Made by a program: the position numbers and the translations under genes. From the IMG/VR virus record IMGVR_UViG_3300032260_000018, positions 1-29,026 of that record: 29,026 bases of DNA; one strand, 5' to 3'. Below the pieces are notes generated by a model that worked only from the letters and a program-made list of their open reading frames with translations, was not told the origin of the DNA and ran no database searches. Positions 8,454 to 17,126 of the stretch are shown piece after piece; positions within the stretch are counted from its first letter, which is position 1, and each line of letters begins with the position of its first letter. Source of the stretch: a virus. Its lineage: Duplodnaviria; Caudoviricetes.

Positions 8454-8765
8454 ATGCCAACAGTACTGCTAGCAGCTGCAACCGGGGCGGGTCAATCAGA
8501 AGAGTTTAGTGTAGGTAACGCTGGTGGACGTGTCAGCATGCCAGCACATTTTACATGCCCGGGTATAGCAGGTAGTGAGACGGGTACATTGCAGAAAAAG
8601 ACAGCAGCAGGGACGTGGGTCACACATGTCCTCCCTGGTGATGCTCATATCATCACTGCAACCAATTCGGGAGTGGTGGCCTATGCGCCTGGTATCTATC
8701 GCGTTGACAAGTCAGTAACTGCAGCATCTGTGCCGGTCGAGGTCTCTACGAGTCACACCCCATGA
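8454..8765 (+). CDS. Hypothetical small beta-rich (virion-associated?) protein
   Basis: 103 aa with a GAGGG SD. Overlaps the next gene. Confidence 0.7.
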   Translation: MPTVLLAAATGAGQSEEFSVGNAGGRVSMPAHFTCPGIAGSETGTLQKKTAAGTWVTHVLPGDAHIITATNSGVVAYAPGIYRVDKSVTAASVPVEVSTSHTP

Positions 8766-10006
8766 TTCCCGATATTGGCTGGAAGGCGTTTGCAGGTGCT
8801 TTCGGCAGGGCGTTCTACTCGATGATACCTTCCGGGCTTATTAAGCTGTTATCTCTTCCAGCGTCAGATTCTACCGGCCTATTAAACCTTGGTGATTGGA
8901 CCGACACCCGAGCGGTTAATCTTGCAGTACTGGACTTTGAATCTATTAGCAGAGACATCCCTGCTTTAATCGTTCCATATGAAAAGGCGCGCATTGCTGA
9001 AAATCTAAAAGCAGGGGGTGATCCGCTCGATTTTGATACGGGTTATACTAAATCAGATTTATCAGTTTCTAGTGGGTTTGATGATCCGTTTGGGGGGACA
9101 AATGCTTCAAAATTAACAATTGTTGACGCTACAAACTCACTCGATAAGTGGAATATGACGGGGTATGTGTTAACAAGTGAGTTTATAAACTCATGCTATA
9201 TCAGGGCAGTTAGTGGTGCTGTAGCCGGTCAATTGAGAGCGCCAAACGGTGCGTCACATCGAAGCTTTTCTGTCAGCGAATCATGGGAGCGCATCGCAAC
9301 AACTGTCACAAATCCACACGCTTCAGGGTGGCTTCAAGAAGGGTTCTTCAATATTGACGGGGATTTATTAGTCTACTTTTTCCAGTCCGAAGAAGTTACA
9401 GGACAAGCCATCCAAAGTCCCAGCGAACTGACAACAGGGTTTAACTATTACATCACGGAGAATGGGAATACTGTTGACGGGAGTGGGGTTGTAACTGAGG
9501 TTGTTGGTTCTGCTCTATCACCAGTGCCCGAGTTGTTGGGGTATACCTCTGTCGCAGGTAATGTAAGACACCCGTTAGAAAGTAATTTCAATCAGTCAGA
9601 GGGAGTATTAAGGGTAAAGATTACCCCCACCTTTGCTCAAACTGCACTGACCATTACAGATGAGGGTATTGTCAGCGTGCAAGACAGCGCTACCAGTTTG
9701 CTGTTCATGGACTCTGCAGGACTTAAGTCTACTGATGGCACCAACACAGCTACGGTTAACCCTTCTTTTGTTGCTGATGTTGAGATAGAAATCGCTGTCA
9801 GATGGTCAACGGCTCTCAATGAACTACAAGTCGGATACAGCGACGGAACCTGGGTATGGGGTTCAGCAGTCAGCTATGACGGCGGTTTCACATTGGGTAC
9901 ATACATTAATAGTTATTACGGTCTAACAACTGCTAACAGCACCACAGGTTTGTGTGACATTTATAATACGGACATGACAACAGGACAGGTCGAAGCTTTA
10001 CCATGA
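8762..10006 (+). CDS. Head spike/fibre-like protein with carbohydrate-binding (CBM/LamG-like) domains
   Basis: The 'NL........W/Y....DPFGGTNASKL...S.YIR...WERI...Q.EE..G..PSE' pattern is typical of phage spike/fibre jelly-roll domains. S/T/G rich. Confidence 0.55.
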   Translation: MIPDIGWKAFAGAFGRAFYSMIPSGLIKLLSLPASDSTGLLNLGDWTDTRAVNLAVLDFESISRDIPALIVPYEKARIAENLKAGGDPLDFDTGYTKSDLSVSSGFDDPFGGTNASKLTIVDATNSLDKWNMTGYVLTSEFINSCYIRAVSGAVAGQLRAPNGASHRSFSVSESWERIATTVTNPHASGWLQEGFFNIDGDLLVYFFQSEEVTGQAIQSPSELTTGFNYYITENGNTVDGSGVVTEVVGSALSPVPELLGYTSVAGNVRHPLESNFNQSEGVLRVKITPTFAQTALTITDEGIVSVQDSATSLLFMDSAGLKSTDGTNTATVNPSFVADVEIEIAVRWSTALNELQVGYSDGTWVWGSAVSYDGGFTLGTYINSYYGLTTANSTTGLCDIYNTDMTTGQVEALP

Positions 10007-10326
10007 GAGTATTAGTTACCCGTGCTGCTGCTTATGTCACCACCATAGTGTTGTTGACGTTATTAGCTGGGTGTTTTCCTAATCAGGACAATCTAAAAAC
10101 CAAGCTTGCAGACACTAATTGGCGCATCAATCGAGATTATTTCGACACGCCTGACAACTGTCTAAAGGTCGCAGTAGAGAAACAGAAAGCACTCGGTAGG
10201 GGAGCCGTTCGTTGTATTCCAATGCCCAACCCTCAACACCCTAATCAACAGCACTGCTATCTAGACGTAGAGGGTTATATTCTTGATAATGGTGCTTTGA
10301 AAAGCTTCATACTCGATGACCATTGA
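10003..10326 (+). CDS. Putative lipoprotein
   Basis: Signal peptide ending in the lipobox LLAG-C. Confidence 0.6.
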   Translation: MRVLVTRAAAYVTTIVLLTLLAGCFPNQDNLKTKLADTNWRINRDYFDTPDNCLKVAVEKQKALGRGAVRCIPMPNPQHPNQQHCYLDVEGYILDNGALKSFILDDH

Positions 10327-11866
10327 ATCAACCGCCCTTGTAGCTGGTGGTGATTACTCACCGTCACAACTTGACCTCATGCTGGCAGAGGAGTGCAGCC
10401 GGTTCTATGCTGACCCTTATGGGTGGGTGATATGGGCCTTTGAGTGGGGTAGGGATGATCTGCGAGGTTTTGACGGCCCTGATGTATGGCAGAAGGAAGT
10501 CCTTCAGGAGATCGGTGAGGAGGTCAGGAAGCGCGGCTTCGACGGTGTCAACCCGGTTGATCCGATCAGAGAGGCTACGGCATCAGGTCACGGTATTGGT
10601 AAGTCAGCACTTACAGCGTGGCTGATTCTGTGGATCATGTCCACTAGGCCACATGCTAAAGGTATTGTCACTGCAAACACCTCTGACCAACTTCGCACTA
10701 AAACCTGGGGTGAGCTGGGTAAATGGCGCGCACGGTGTATTGTGGGCCATTGGTTCGAGTACAACAACGCACGTGGGTCGATGTCGCTCTATCATAAGGC
10801 ATGGCCTGAGTCATGGCGTGCAGATGCTCAGACGTGTCGAGAGGAGAATAGCGAGGCGTTCGCCGGGCTGCACTCTGCCAACTCCACACCGTTCTACTTG
10901 TTTGATGAAGCCAGTGCCGTGCCAGACAAGATCTGGGAGGTTGCAGAAGGTGGGTTGACTGATGGTGAGCCGATGTTCTTTGTGTTTGGCAACCCTACTC
11001 GTAATAGTGGTAAGTTCAGGGATTGCTTCAGACGACAGAAGAAACGCTGGAACACCCGACAGATCGACAGCCGCCAGGCCAAGATGACCAACAAAAAGCT
11101 GATTGCTGAATGGGAGACAGACTGGGGTGCTGACTCTGACTTCTTCCGCGTGCGTGTGCTGGGTGTGTTCCCTCGCGCCGGTGATATGCAGTTCATGCCG
11201 GGTGATGTGGTGTATAACGCCATGCAAATCGGACCAGGTAGATACCTCGGTGACGATCCGTTAATATGTGGCATCGATCTTGCTAGAGGCGGAGATGATG
11301 ACTGTAGAATTGGATTCAGAAGAGGACAAGATGCCAAGTCAGAAAAGTGTTACAGAATCCCTGGTGAGAGTTCCCGAGACAGTATGCAAGTTGTTTCCAA
11401 GCTCATCATGGTGCTTGACCGACACAAGCCTGATGTTAGTTTCCTTGACGCAACAGGTTTGGGAGGTCCAATTGGGGACCGACTCAGACAACTAGGCTAT
11501 CACGTCATTGATGTGCATTTCGGCGGTGATGCTGACAACAAGAAGCTGTACGTCAATAAAACGGCTGAGATGGGTGCCAGGTGTCGTCAATGGTTGATCG
11601 ACGGTGGTGCTATTCATGATGACACACAGCTTGAGGATGAGCTGACGTGTCGTGAGTACCAGCACAACGACAAGGATCAGCTGGTGTTGGAGCGCAAGAA
11701 GGACATCAAGAAACGCCTAGGTGTGTCACCCGACTGGGCTGATCAACTCTACCTGACGTTCGCCCACCCTGTACCAAAGCGCGCATTCCCCCGTGGTCAA
11801 CTCGACCACATCCCCGGTCAACGTGACAAGTCTGAGAACGCGCACCCGCTGGATGCGTTGGACTAA
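10316..11866 (+). CDS. terL: Terminase large subunit
   Basis: Walker A ASGHGIGKS, Walker B LFDEAS, coupling motif GNPTR, nuclease motifs GIDLARGGDD and SPDWAD. Confidence 0.95.
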   Translation: MTIESTALVAGGDYSPSQLDLMLAEECSRFYADPYGWVIWAFEWGRDDLRGFDGPDVWQKEVLQEIGEEVRKRGFDGVNPVDPIREATASGHGIGKSALTAWLILWIMSTRPHAKGIVTANTSDQLRTKTWGELGKWRARCIVGHWFEYNNARGSMSLYHKAWPESWRADAQTCREENSEAFAGLHSANSTPFYLFDEASAVPDKIWEVAEGGLTDGEPMFFVFGNPTRNSGKFRDCFRRQKKRWNTRQIDSRQAKMTNKKLIAEWETDWGADSDFFRVRVLGVFPRAGDMQFMPGDVVYNAMQIGPGRYLGDDPLICGIDLARGGDDDCRIGFRRGQDAKSEKCYRIPGESSRDSMQVVSKLIMVLDRHKPDVSFLDATGLGGPIGDRLRQLGYHVIDVHFGGDADNKKLYVNKTAEMGARCRQWLIDGGAIHDDTQLEDELTCREYQHNDKDQLVLERKKDIKKRLGVSPDWADQLYLTFAHPVPKRAFPRGQLDHIPGQRDKSENAHPLDALD

Positions 11867-11867
11867 C

Positions 11868-11915
11868 TTGCACTTATCATGCCACATAAACTATACTTGG
11901 TGTAATCTATACACT
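11868..11915 (+). promoter_or_regulatory. Putative late promoter with downstream palindromic operator
   Basis: TTGCAC-18-TATACT, followed by GGTGTA-N5-TACACT (11899-11915). Confidence 0.5.
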
Positions 11916-11929
11916 AAGGGGTAAGTATT

Positions 11930-12154
11930 ATGTGCGGAGGCGGAGGCGGAACACCAAAGGCACCACCAACACCAGCGGCTCTACCAGAGGCACCACGTAC
12001 CCCAGAGCAACCAACCGGTGCTGCTGATACCACTGGTGACAAGCGTCGGCGTGCGTTGGCTGCCGGACAGAGTCGCACCGGTACTATCCTTACAGGAGCA
12101 CGCGGTGTAACTGAACAAGCAAACACAGCACAAAAGACTCTCCTGGGTGCTTAA
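11930..12154 (+). CDS. Small virion-associated protein preceding the portal
   Basis: 'MCGGGG..P..PP...RRR....G...TILTG..G......KTLLG' pattern typical of this position in T7/BPP-1-like podoviruses. Confidence 0.8.
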   Translation: MCGGGGGTPKAPPTPAALPEAPRTPEQPTGAADTTGDKRRRALAAGQSRTGTILTGARGVTEQANTAQKTLLGA

Positions 12155-13851
12155 TGCAGAATATCTGCGGATACAACAGGCGACTTGAGAATCTGAAGTC
12201 AGAGCGTTCTAGCTTTTACCCGCTATGGATGGAACTGTCTGACTACCACCTGGCGTACCGCGGTAGGTTCCTCACCTCTAACCGCAACAAAGGTTATAAG
12301 CGCAACACCAAACAAATCAACAACACCAGTCGGATGGCCTCCCGCACGCTGGCATCCGGTATGATGGCCGGTATTACTTCCCCTGCACGACCATGGTTCA
12401 GACTTTCATCCGGTGATGAAGAGTTGAACGAGGTGACAAGTGTCAAGGAATGGCTGCACGAAGTGCAAGGGATCATGTACCGGGTGTTCTCCGCGTCTAA
12501 TTTGTACAACTCATTGCACTCTGTTTACTCAGAGCTTGGGGTATTTGGCACAGCTGCGGTCGGGATCTATAAGGATTTCGACAATGTGATCTGGTGTGAG
12601 CCTTACACCATTGGCAGCTACATGATCAGCACCAACGGTAAGAATGTGGTTGATACATTCTATCGTGAATATGAGATCACAGTCTCACAATGTATCAAAC
12701 AGTTTGGCTTTGAGAATTGCAGCTTCGATGTGCAGAACCGTTGGAAGAATGGTAACACTGAATCATGGGTGAAGATCATTCGCGCTATTGAGCCGAATGA
12801 TGATCGTGATCACATGAACCCTCTGGCGAAGTATAAGAAATTCAGAGCGGTTTATTATGAGCGCGGTATCGCCAGCAATGACCCTGGGCGCGGCGGCGGT
12901 GGCATACGTGAGCAGGATAAGTTCCTGCGTGAGTCTGGTTTTGGTGATTTTCCCATACTAGCCCCACGGTGGGACTTGGCAGGCGGTGACATCTACGCTA
13001 CGGACTGCCCCGGTATGACATCACTGGGTGACACCAAGTCGCTGCAGCTGGGCGAGAAGCGTCTGTATGAAGCTGTGGATATCACGGTGAGTCCACCATT
13101 ACAGGGTGATGCGAGTCTTAAGGACAAGGTCAACGGCGGTCAATTGCGGTCAGGTCAGATCGTGTGGAGCAGCGGTGAAGGTAAAGGGTTGGAGAGCATC
13201 TACAAATTCCAACCTGATCTCAATGCTATCTGGCAGTTGAACGACCGCACAGAGAACCGTATACAGCGTGCGTTCTATGAAGACCTGTTTCTCATGTTGG
13301 CTAATACTGATCGCAAGCAGATTACAGCGCGTGAGGTAGCAGAGAAGCATGAAGAGAAGCTTTTGATGCTCGGCCCCGTGCTTGAGCGGCTGCACAATGA
13401 GCTGCTTGATCCTCTCATCGACAGAACCTTCAATATCTTACAAGAGGAAGGGGTGCTACCGCCTCCACCTCCTGAGTTGTCAGGCCGTGACTTGAACGTG
13501 GAGTATGTCTCGGTGCTGGCACAAGCACAGCGCATGGTAGCTACTGGTTCGCTTGAGCGCCTCGGTGCCTTCACTGCTGAGCTTTCTCAAGTGTGGCCTG
13601 GTGCACGTCATAAGTTTGACGCTGCTCAGGCTGTCGATGAGTACGCAGATGCGCTGGGTACATCACCTAAAGTGGTGCGTTCTGATGATGAGGTTGCCGC
13701 TATGGAGGCAGCTGATGCAAAAGCACTGGCACAACAGCAGGCCATGGAGCAGGGACAGCAGTTGGCAGACACTGCCAAGACTGCCAGTGACACCGAGATA
13801 AAGGAAGGTAATGCGCTGGGTAATATGATGGAACAAGCGGGGTTGACGTGA
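12154..13851 (+). CDS. Portal (head-to-tail connector) protein
   Basis: 'LASGMMAGITSPARPWFRL', 'TAREVAEKHEEKLLMLGPVLERL' and 'VEYVSVLAQAQR' motifs; 565 aa. Confidence 0.95.
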   Translation: MQNICGYNRRLENLKSERSSFYPLWMELSDYHLAYRGRFLTSNRNKGYKRNTKQINNTSRMASRTLASGMMAGITSPARPWFRLSSGDEELNEVTSVKEWLHEVQGIMYRVFSASNLYNSLHSVYSELGVFGTAAVGIYKDFDNVIWCEPYTIGSYMISTNGKNVVDTFYREYEITVSQCIKQFGFENCSFDVQNRWKNGNTESWVKIIRAIEPNDDRDHMNPLAKYKKFRAVYYERGIASNDPGRGGGGIREQDKFLRESGFGDFPILAPRWDLAGGDIYATDCPGMTSLGDTKSLQLGEKRLYEAVDITVSPPLQGDASLKDKVNGGQLRSGQIVWSSGEGKGLESIYKFQPDLNAIWQLNDRTENRIQRAFYEDLFLMLANTDRKQITAREVAEKHEEKLLMLGPVLERLHNELLDPLIDRTFNILQEEGVLPPPPPELSGRDLNVEYVSVLAQAQRMVATGSLERLGAFTAELSQVWPGARHKFDAAQAVDEYADALGTSPKVVRSDDEVAAMEAADAKALAQQQAMEQGQQLADTAKTASDTEIKEGNALGNMMEQAGLT

Positions 13852-14093
13852 GCAATGAAACCGACCTGCAAAAGATGGAACTTGAAAAGCTTATGGAGCA
13901 GAAGCCTTTCAGGGGTTTTATCACCCGTCTTCTTGATGAGTCTGGGGTTGGTAGTTCTGGTTTCGATGATAACTCTGGCGTGCATGCAAAGAATGCGGGA
14001 CGGCGGCAAATGGGTCATTGGGTAGAGACTCAGTTGAAAGAAGCCACACCGAATGGCTATTTGTTAATGATAAAGGAGAAACTGAATGACTGA
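13848..14093 (+). CDS. Bbp19-like small protein
   Basis: 'LM....FR.FI.RLL...GV..S.F.......NAGRR.MG' motif, located between portal and scaffold. Confidence 0.75.
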   Translation: MSNETDLQKMELEKLMEQKPFRGFITRLLDESGVGSSGFDDNSGVHAKNAGRRQMGHWVETQLKEATPNGYLLMIKEKLND

Positions 14094-14727
14094 AGAGACA
14101 ACAGATATGGGCGCTGGTAACGAAGGCGCACCTGCAGCCGAAGAGAGTCAGGGTACAACCGCCCTGACTGAAGAGACTTCCACCACTACGACTCAAGTAG
14201 TGGGAGAAGAAAACACTGGTGAGTCAGCCAGTGATGACACTGGTGATGGTGGTCAAGAGACTTCCCCTGAAACCTATGCCGATTTTACTATGCCTGAAGG
14301 TGTCGAGCTTAATGAAGCTTTACTTGCAGAGGCCACCCCTGTTTTTCAGGAGTTAGGTCTTAATCAAGAACAAGCTCAGAAACTCGTCGATCTACACGCA
14401 CAGCAAGTCCAGGCGGGAGAGGTGGGACAGGTTGAGGCTTACACCCAGATGATGGATGACTGGCGCGAACAATCTATGAATGATAAGGAGTTCGGCGGTG
14501 ACAAGTTCGAGGAGAGCGTTGGTATTGCACGAGCTGCTCTTGATAAATTCGGAACGCCAGAGTTGAAAGAACTACTGGAGGATCACGGTGTGGGTAACCA
14601 CCCTGAAGTCATCCGGTTCATGGTCAATGTCGGGAAACTAACTGCAGAGGATGTGCCAGGCTCTCAAGCCTCGCCAACTTCTCAGAAGGGTGACCGGGCT
14701 GAACGACTGTATCCCAACCAATCTTAG
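14086..14727 (+). CDS. Capsid scaffolding protein
   Basis: Acidic N-terminus, 'PETYADFTMPEG', 'ELGLNQEQAQKLVD', 'G.GNHPEVIRF', and a C-terminal 'LYP'. Confidence 0.85.
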   Translation: MTEETTDMGAGNEGAPAAEESQGTTALTEETSTTTTQVVGEENTGESASDDTGDGGQETSPETYADFTMPEGVELNEALLAEATPVFQELGLNQEQAQKLVDLHAQQVQAGEVGQVEAYTQMMDDWREQSMNDKEFGGDKFEESVGIARAALDKFGTPELKELLEDHGVGNHPEVIRFMVNVGKLTAEDVPGSQASPTSQKGDRAERLYPNQS

Positions 14728-14740
14728 TGAGGTATAACTT

Positions 14741-15739
14741 ATGGCGACTTTAGGAGCCACTTGGTTCGATCTAATCGACCTATACAAACAGCAGGACGGT
14801 GAGGGCAACTTTGTTGACATCATCGAAATGTTATCCGAAATTAATCCGATCCTTGATGATGCGATTGCTGTCCAATGTAACAAAGGCACGACCCACCTGC
14901 ACACCGTGCGCTCAGGTCTACCGTCTGTTGCTTGGGGTAAGCTGTATCAGGGTATTCCAAACAGTAAATCAGGTAAAGCGCAGGTAGAAGACACCACGGG
15001 CTTTGTAGAAGGTCTGAGCACCATCGATAACCGTTTGCTTGATCTTTCGACCAATCCTGGCGCTGTGCGTCTGAGTGAGGCTCAGGCTTATCTTGAGGCC
15101 ATGAGTCAGGAGGTTGCTACCAAGATCTTCTACGGTAACTCTGCTGCTGATCCTGAGCAGTTCATGGGACTTTCACCACGCTTTAATGACACTACTGCTG
15201 CCAATGGCAACCAGATCATTAAAGCCGGTGGCGCGGGTGCTGATAATACCTCTATCTGGTTTGTAACCTGGGGTGATAATCAGACTCAGTTGCTTTACCC
15301 GAAAGGCACGCAGGCAGGTGTACAGCGTGAAGACATGGGTAAGCAGCGTCTACTTGATGGTTCAGGTAACGCCTACTACGGTATGGAAGAGAAGTTCACC
15401 TGGCATGTTGGTCTGGCAGTGAAGGACTGGCGCTATGTGTCTCGCATCTGCAATATTGATGTGTCACTTATGCAGGCTGGATCTGTTCAGTTGTACGAAT
15501 TCCTACGAACCGCATACTACAGACTGCAGAACCGTCGTGTAGCTGGCGGTAAGATGGCGATCTACTGTAACCGTGATGTTTTGGAAGCCTTGGATGCATT
15601 GGCAACCAACGCGGGTACGACTGACTCCTTCGTTCGTCTGAAGCCTATGGAGATTGAAGGTAAGGAGGTTCTTACCTATCGCGGCATTCCGATTCGTGAA
15701 TCAGATGCCATTGTTAACGACGAAGACTTGGTGGTGTAA
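14741..15739 (+). CDS. Major capsid protein (BPP-1 Bbp17/epsilon15 gp7-like)
   Basis: 'IIEMLSEINPILDD', 'TVRSGLP...W', 'FYGN....PEQFMGL.PRF', 'DWRYV.RI.NIDVS' and 'GIPIRE.DAI' motifs. Confidence 0.95.
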   Translation: MATLGATWFDLIDLYKQQDGEGNFVDIIEMLSEINPILDDAIAVQCNKGTTHLHTVRSGLPSVAWGKLYQGIPNSKSGKAQVEDTTGFVEGLSTIDNRLLDLSTNPGAVRLSEAQAYLEAMSQEVATKIFYGNSAADPEQFMGLSPRFNDTTAANGNQIIKAGGAGADNTSIWFVTWGDNQTQLLYPKGTQAGVQREDMGKQRLLDGSGNAYYGMEEKFTWHVGLAVKDWRYVSRICNIDVSLMQAGSVQLYEFLRTAYYRLQNRRVAGGKMAIYCNRDVLEALDALATNAGTTDSFVRLKPMEIEGKEVLTYRGIPIRESDAIVNDEDLVV

Positions 15740-15740
15740 A

Positions 15741-16172
15741 ATGATTCTATCAGCACAACAGTTGTTTTCTGATGACCAGGCGATCACTGCTTCTGCAGAT
15801 TCTACCAACGTCATTGATCTCGGGGTGCCTGGCACTCCTTACCGTGCAGCTGCACCACTTAACCGTGACATCGGTAAAGGTGCCAAGATTCCGATCTTGA
15901 TTCAGGTGACAGAGGCATTCAACAACCTAACCAGCCTGGAGATTAAAATCTCCACTGGTGCAACGACTGCGCTTGGTACTACCATTCTAAGTCAGACCAT
16001 CCTTCTGGCCGATTTGGTGGTTGGTAAACAGACTTCGTTCGTCGTGTTGCCTAACGATATCACTGAGCGTTATCTGGGTATTGAGTACGTGGTCACTGGT
16101 ACTGCACCGTCTACCGGTCAAGTAACAGCCGGTATTACCATGGGTGTTCAAACCAATACCACTGGTGCATAA
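15741..16172 (+). CDS. Bbp16-like capsid cement/decoration protein
   Basis: 'MILSAQQLFSDDQAITASADSTNVIDLG...RYL...Y.V.GT..TG.VTAGI'. The true start is probably ATG15741. Confidence 0.85.
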   Translation: MILSAQQLFSDDQAITASADSTNVIDLGVPGTPYRAAAPLNRDIGKGAKIPILIQVTEAFNNLTSLEIKISTGATTALGTTILSQTILLADLVVGKQTSFVVLPNDITERYLGIEYVVTGTAPSTGQVTAGITMGVQTNTTGA

Positions 16173-16179
16173 ATGAGTC

Positions 16180-16203
16180 GGGGCGGTGAAAGCCGCCCCT
16201 TTT
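16180..16203 (+). terminator. Intrinsic terminator after the capsid genes
   Basis: GGGGCGGT-GAAA-GCCGCCCC-TTTT. Confidence 0.8.
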
Positions 16204-16215
16204 CAGGAGGATAAA

Positions 16216-16479
16216 ATGCCGACATATAAAGTTTTAAAACCGTGTTTTAGAGGTGGTATTTACCGTACACCAGGGTGTCCACGCCATGGACTCTACGTTA
16301 CGGATAAGCCATTAGACCCTGTCCCCAGTTCATTGGAGATGGTTAAAGACGAGACACCTACTCAACGCAAGAAGCGTACGGCAACTGCCAAGAAGGACGC
16401 TGACGCGGTTAAGGACGGGAAGAAGGAGTCTGATGTGATGTTTGGATCTAATCTGGGTAATACAACTGAGACTCTCTGA
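16216..16479 (+). CDS. Hypothetical virion-module protein
   Basis: AGGAGG SD before ATG16216 (MPTYKVLKPCF..G.Y..PG). Confidence 0.75.
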   Translation: MPTYKVLKPCFRGGIYRTPGCPRHGLYVTDKPLDPVPSSLEMVKDETPTQRKKRTATAKKDADAVKDGKKESDVMFGSNLGNTTETL

Positions 16480-17126
16480 TGACTTCTCAAGTTGAAATTT
16501 GCAATCTCGCACTGTCGCACATTGGTGCAGCTAGTATCAATTCACTTGATGAAGCGAGTGTTCAAGCACAGCAGTGCAAGCTTCATTATGATATTATGCT
16601 TAGTCAGATGTTGCGAGATGCGCCGTTTCAATTTGCTCATAGAAATGAAGCGTTAGCGGTACTTTCTGAAGTTGATCTGTTCAACTGGGCGTATGCTTAC
16701 CAGTACCCTTCTGACTGTCTCAGAATTAATCATCTAGTACTCAATTACGAAGATGTTACGCCAGGTAGTGTGTCTGGGATATCTTACTACAATCTTAAGT
16801 TACCAGACCTTAGAGAACAGATTAATTATAAGATCTTTAATGTTGCTGGTAATAAAGTGATCGGTGCCAATGAATCAGAGTTACGGGTTGATTATCAGGT
16901 TCTTGTAGACGATCCGAATTTGTACGATTCTGAGTTTGTTATGGCTTTCTCTCATCTGTTGGCATCAGCACTTGCAATGCCATTGATCCGTGGTGAGATG
17001 GGAAGAAAAACCAGATCTGATGAATTACAGGTTTATGAAGTGTACATTAATGCTGCAATTGATGCGGATCTAAATGAGCAGTTTCAGGATCGTCCTGAAA
17101 GTGAATTCATAACAACGAGGAAGTGA
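16479..17126 (+). CDS. Tail adaptor (tail tubular protein A-like)
   Basis: 'S.VEICNLALSHIG...I.SLDE.S..A..C', 'W.YAYQYPSDCLRI' and 'F..A.S..LA..LA.PL' motifs. Confidence 0.85.
   Translation: MTSQVEICNLALSHIGAASINSLDEASVQAQQCKLHYDIMLSQMLRDAPFQFAHRNEALAVLSEVDLFNWAYAYQYPSDCLRINHLVLNYEDVTPGSVSGISYYNLKLPDLREQINYKIFNVAGNKVIGANESELRVDYQVLVDDPNLYDSEFVMAFSHLLASALAMPLIRGEMGRKTRSDELQVYEVYINAAIDADLNEQFQDRPESEFITTRK

Noticed and set aside
15654-15740. N-terminal extension of the cement gene, or a capsid frameshift fusion (T7 10B-like)
   Set aside because: The overlapping frame is open for only 29 codons, no clear slippery site is visible, and the Bbp16-like sequence starts at ATG15741.
16186-16215. GTG start for the 97-aa ORF
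   Set aside because: It lies within the terminator hairpin. The AGGAGG SD supports ATG16216.
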